Origin: a virus
Reading direction: 5' to 3' (one strand)
Virus record (IMG/VR): IMGVR_UViG_3300027816_000069
Span: 32,001 to 96,000 of that record
Length of the DNA: 64,000 nt
Part shown: one piece after another, positions 62,337 through 64,000 of the stretch
How positions within the stretch are numbered: the stretch's first letter is position 1
How the letters are laid out: every line of letters starts with the position of its first letter
Position numbers and translations under genes: made by a program
The notes under the pieces: model-generated
What the model was told of the DNA's origin: nothing
What the model saw: the letters and a program-made list of their open reading frames with translations, nothing else
The model's database searches: none

Positions 62337-63079
62337 ATGAAACGCATAATATTACTATGGTTATTTTTGATATGCTCAATTTCTTATGGTGGTACTGGTA
62401 GTCCCGACACGCCAGATGATAAATATGTAGATTATGGCAAAAAATTTACATCAGTAGTAAGAATTTGTGGTTCATATAAAAATAATCCACAAGAACAATA
62501 CTGTGGATCAGCGGTGATTATTAGTCCTCACTATATTGTGACTGCTGCTCATGTTGTCAGGGGTTCTAGGTCTTGTCATATAGTATTAAATAATAAAAAC
62601 TATGAAATTACTCAAGTTGTCGCCCACCAAGACTTTGAAAAAGATACTTTAGATAGTGCTGATATTGCAGTAGGGTATAGTAAGGAACCTATGAACCTAG
62701 ACTCTTATCCTGAACTTTATACTGAACAAGACGAAAAAAATAAGTCATGTGCATTATCTGGATTTGGTTTTGCTGGTAATTTTAATAGTGGTGCAACATT
62801 TAGTGACGGTGAAAGAAGAGCTGGTACTAATGTAATAGATTATGTAAATAAGGGGCTATTATTTTGCTCTCCATCAAAACCCCAAGAAAAAAACACAACT
62901 AGATTAGAATTTCTAATTGCTAGTGGAGATAGTGGTGGTGGTCTTTTTATAGGTAATAAATTAGCTGGTATTCATTCATTTATTTTTGCAGATAAAAACC
63001 TAAGTCAGATTATCTTACTGAATCAGCACACACTAGAATTAGTAAGTATGCGGATTGGATTAAGGAAAACATGAAATGA
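62337..63079 (+). CDS. trypsin-like (S1) serine protease with C-terminal frameshift
   Basis: signal peptide, TAAH, DIA, GDSGGGL; HTRISKYADWI tail lies in another frame. Confidence 0.8.
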
Positions 63080-64000
63080 AACGCAATGATTATTCTCTAT
63101 TACCATATACTAGACAAGATATATATGGATTATCTCCAAAAGTTAGTCAAATTTTAGGGTGGGAAATTATTCAGTTTGATATTGTTGAGCAATGGAAGTA
63201 TTGTAGTGGTGATGATGTTATTGTGGCGGTGATAGATACTGGTTGTGATTTAGATCATCCAGATTTATCTAAAAATTTATTACAAGGAATTAATCTTATA
63301 GACTCTAAAAAAGACCCAATAGACGATAATGGTCATGGCACTCATGTGTGTGGCACTATAGGAGCATCTCATAATAGTATAGGCATGGTTGGTGTAGCGC
63401 CAAATACCAAAATTTTACCTATAAAAGCATTAGATGGTGCTGGATCTGGTAGTAATAAAGATATTGCAAGAGGTATAGTTTATGCTGCTGATAGGGGATC
63501 GAATTTGATTGCTATGTCTTTAGGTTCTCCAAATTTTTCTCAAGCTCTGTATGATGCAATAATTTATGCTACTAAGAAAAATAGTATTATTTTTTGTGCT
63601 GCTGGTAATGCTGGAGAAAATACTCCAATCATGTATCCAGCAAAACATAAAGAGACCATAGCAATAGGCTCTATTGATCGTAACCTGAATAGATCAACAT
63701 TTACTTGTAAGGGTGAAGAATTAGATTTTTTATGTCCAGGACAAGATATATTTAGTTGTGTACCAAATAATACATATGCTATTATGAGTGGAACTAGCAT
63801 GGCTAATCCATTCGCTGTTGGTTGTGCCTCATTAGTATTGTCTTTTTATAAATCACAAAAGCAAGAACATAAACTTTCTTCTAAAGAAGACTATATTAAT
63901 TTATTCAAACAAATGAGTAAGAGTCTGAAAAATAGCAAATATGCGGGAAAGAAAGAGTATGAAGGATATGGTATAATATACCCAAGTATAGGTAATATTA
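63076..64000 (+). CDS. subtilisin-like (S8) serine protease, runs off window end
   Basis: VAVIDTG, DDNGHGTHV, AAGN, MSGTSMA; absent from the ORF track because no stop is in the window. Confidence 0.9.
   Translation, partial: MKRNDYSLLPYTRQDIYGLSPKVSQILGWEIIQFDIVEQWKYCSGDDVIVAVIDTGCDLDHPDLSKNLLQGINLIDSKKDPIDDNGHGTHVCGTIGASHNSIGMVGVAPNTKILPIKALDGAGSGSNKDIARGIVYAADRGSNLIAMSLGSPNFSQALYDAIIYATKKNSIIFCAAGNAGENTPIMYPAKHKETIAIGSIDRNLNRSTFTCKGEELDFLCPGQDIFSCVPNNTYAIMSGTSMANPFAVGCASLVLSFYKSQKQEHKLSSKEDYINLFKQMSKSLKNSKYAGKKEYEGYGIIYPSIGNI

Noticed and set aside
1-64000. Stop-codon reassignment
   Set aside because: Long conserved genes are intact in the standard code and no suppressor tRNA was found

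Overview
A 64-kb segment of a large, AT-rich tailed-phage genome. The host is probably a planctomycete (inference from a Tat-type DUF1501 gene and a small secreted CxNGxC peptide). 1-4.3 kb holds a glycosyltransferase and two leftward genes. From 4.4 kb a rightward early-type region runs to about 20 kb, built of small gene modules, each with its own promoter. It carries 11 canonical tRNA genes (two with rare anticodons), an atypical D-armless Tyr tRNA-like gene, a roughly 590-nt highly structured non-coding RNA, and a GC-rich integron-like attC cassette array with no integrase in the window. Its regulatory pattern is unusual: ten tandem CTGCCAAAATGGCAG dyads, sigma28-like promoters nested in sigma70 promoters, four sigma54 -24/-12 boxes and a fourth fixed-spacing motif. 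20-62 kb is a dense run of small hypothetical genes mixed with RNA/DNA repair and metabolism genes (RtcB, Rnl2-type ligase, phosphoesterases, AlkB, ThyX, UvsE, DNA ligase, HhH glycosylase, rIIA/rIIB, RuvB), a tmRNA, HNH and EndoVII nucleases and two serine proteases. All family calls come from motif recognition by eye, not database searches.
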